A stretch of DNA of 64,000 nt from Octopus sinensis (lineage: Eukaryota), in contig NC_043003.1 of the NCBI RefSeq assembly GCF_006345805.1, positions 95,170,001 to 95,234,000 on the forward strand, in the 5' to 3' direction. Below the pieces are notes generated by a model. It was not told the origin of the DNA and did not search any database. It was given only the letters and a program-made list of their open reading frames with translations. The translations under genes and the position numbers were made by a program. Below are positions 62,526 to 64,000 of this stretch, piece after piece. The number at the start of each line of letters is the position of its first letter. The stretch's first letter is position 1.

Positions 62526-62549
62526 TTCTCAGTTTTATATATAGAGAGA
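60767..62549 (-). mobile_element. Candidate long Helitron-like element
   Basis: 5' end A|TCTCTCTATATATAAAA plus (GTCT)n and a 147-bp tandem duplication (62191/62338); 3' end CCCGGCAACGACTGG hairpin and CTAG|T at 60767; continuity between the two ends is inferred. Confidence 0.5.
60950..61478 (-). mobile_element. Non-LTR retrotransposon ORF1-like relic
   Basis: MPSIEESPKMNFAAAV.. then EKTIVYKVYN..IKYVTRGGKFATIEARFESTERAREYSTRTL..YLGCRTSRIKI; frameshift and stop. Confidence 0.45.
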
Positions 62550-62792
62550 TTTACTATATCTTTTAATGTGGTAGTGTCTCCCTTTGATTGATGCACATAT
62601 CGTCAGTCACCAAGGGACATGCTCAATTTGGTTAAGGTCAAACAACTGACACGCAAAGCTATGTTATTGAGCAGAATATTTGCTGTAGTCCATCTTTTAT
62701 ACCAAGACAAAACAATGCGCATGATAACACTTGCAATCAATTAAGAACAGAAGCCATGAGAGCCACTGCCTGGTACTGCATCAGTATTATCT

Positions 62793-63660
62793 CGCCGGGC
62801 AAAATGCTTAGCGGTATTTCGTCTGCCGTTACGTTCTGAGTTCAAATTCCGCCGAGGTCGACTTTGCCTTTCATCCTTTCGGGGTCGATTAAGTAAGTAC
62901 CAGTTACGCACTGGGGTCGATGTAATCGACTTAATACCTATGTCTGTCCTTGTTTGTCTCCTCTGTGTTTAGCCCCTTGTGGGTAATAAAGAAATAGGTA
63001 TTTCGTCTGCCGCTACGTTCTGAGTTCAAATTCCGTTGAGGTCGACTTTGCCTTTCATCGTTTCGGGGGCCTTAAATTAAGTACCAATTACGCACTGGGG
63101 TCGATGTAATCGACTTAATCCGCTTGTCTATCCTTGTTTGTCCCCTCTGTGTTTAGCCCATTGTGGGTAGTAAAGAAATAGGTATTTCGTCTGCCGTTAC
63201 GTTTTGAGTTCAAACTCCGCCGAGGTCGACTTTGCCTTTCATCCTTTCGGGGTCGATAAATTAAGTACCAGTTAGGCACTGGGGTCGATGTAATCGACTT
63301 AATACCTATGTCTGTCCTTGTTTGTCCCCTCTGTGTTTAGCCCCTTGTGGGTAATAAAGAAATAGGTATTTCGTCTGAGTTCAAATTCCGCTGAGGTCGA
63401 CTTTGCCTTTCATCGTTTCGGGGGCCTTAAATTAAGTACCAATTACGCACCGGGATCGATGTAATCGACTTAATCCGCTTGTCTATCCTTGTTTGTCCCT
63501 TCTGTGTTTAGCCCCTTGTGGGTAGTAAAGAAATAGGTATTTCGTCTGCCGTTACGTTTTGAGTTCAAACTCCACCGAACTCGACTTTGCCTTTCATCCT
63601 TTCAGTGTCGATGAAATAAGTACCAGTCGAACACTGAGATCGATGTAATCGACTTAAACT
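62793..63660 (+). repeat. Tandem array of family-A SINE bodies (184-bp period)
   Basis: Units start at 62813, 62997, 63181, 63365 and 63536, each at GGTATTTCG. Confidence 0.92.
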
Positions 63661-64000
63661 TCACCCTTCCCAAATTTCAGGCCTTGGGCCTATAGTAGAA
63701 AGGATCATCATCATCATCATCATCATTCGCTGCGGACGACGCAGATATATTTTTATTTGTCGTCTCTGAAGAAAGCATTTTACTAAATGAGTTAGAGTTT
63801 TTACTAAAATATTCGCATACAGATAACTTCCTAAAATTTGAACTCGCCTTCCTAAGAAGTTGAGAAAAAAAAAAAGAAGAAATAAGGTTTATATTTTCGT
63901 TTTAGGACAGCTTACTTTTTCCTTTCACGTTATCGACATTCAAAAAGTAGCTAGGAATATTTCACACCACACCCATAAAGGGAAGAAAATGGACAAAAAT

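Noticed and set aside
62813-63660. Regularly spaced repeats resembling a CRISPR array
   Set aside because: Units are 184-bp SINE bodies without unique spacers, in a eukaryotic context with no cas genes
54640-64000. Several minus-strand GTAAG donors (about 54650, 61710, 63915) as the receptor signal-peptide exon
   Set aside because: None is preceded by an open Met-initiated hydrophobic frame ending in phase 2

Overview
AT-rich, repeat-dense eukaryotic DNA. The SINE families and microsatellite load point to an octopus (coleoid cephalopod) genome; this is inferred, not proven. Two protein-coding genes can be reconstructed exon by exon. (1) UQCRQ/QCR8 (cytochrome b-c1 subunit 8, + strand): coding exons 26787-26940 and 33805-33899, 82 aa, with a probable non-coding exon ending at 22528. 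(2) A strongly divergent GABA-A/glycine-receptor-family Cys-loop channel subunit (- strand): 7 in-phase exons from 54028 to 40716, about 395 aa, signal-peptide exon not found. Its ligand-binding loops and pore/gating residues depart from the canonical set, and a decayed copy of its last (M4) exon lies downstream, split by a hAT-type MITE. A possible third, unidentified or decayed spliced unit runs on the - strand from about 22.3 kb to 4.4 kb, head-to-head with UQCRQ. The rest is mobile DNA: tRNA-derived SINEs (including tandem multimers), RTE, R4-like and L1/Tx1-like LINE relics, mariner, piggyBac, Helitron-like elements (one holding an inverted copy of nearby DNA), several MITEs and foldbacks, Penelope-type repeats with a hammerhead-like motif, and a 5S rRNA fragment. 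Coordinates were counted by hand; splice junctions should be exact, repeat boundaries are approximate.
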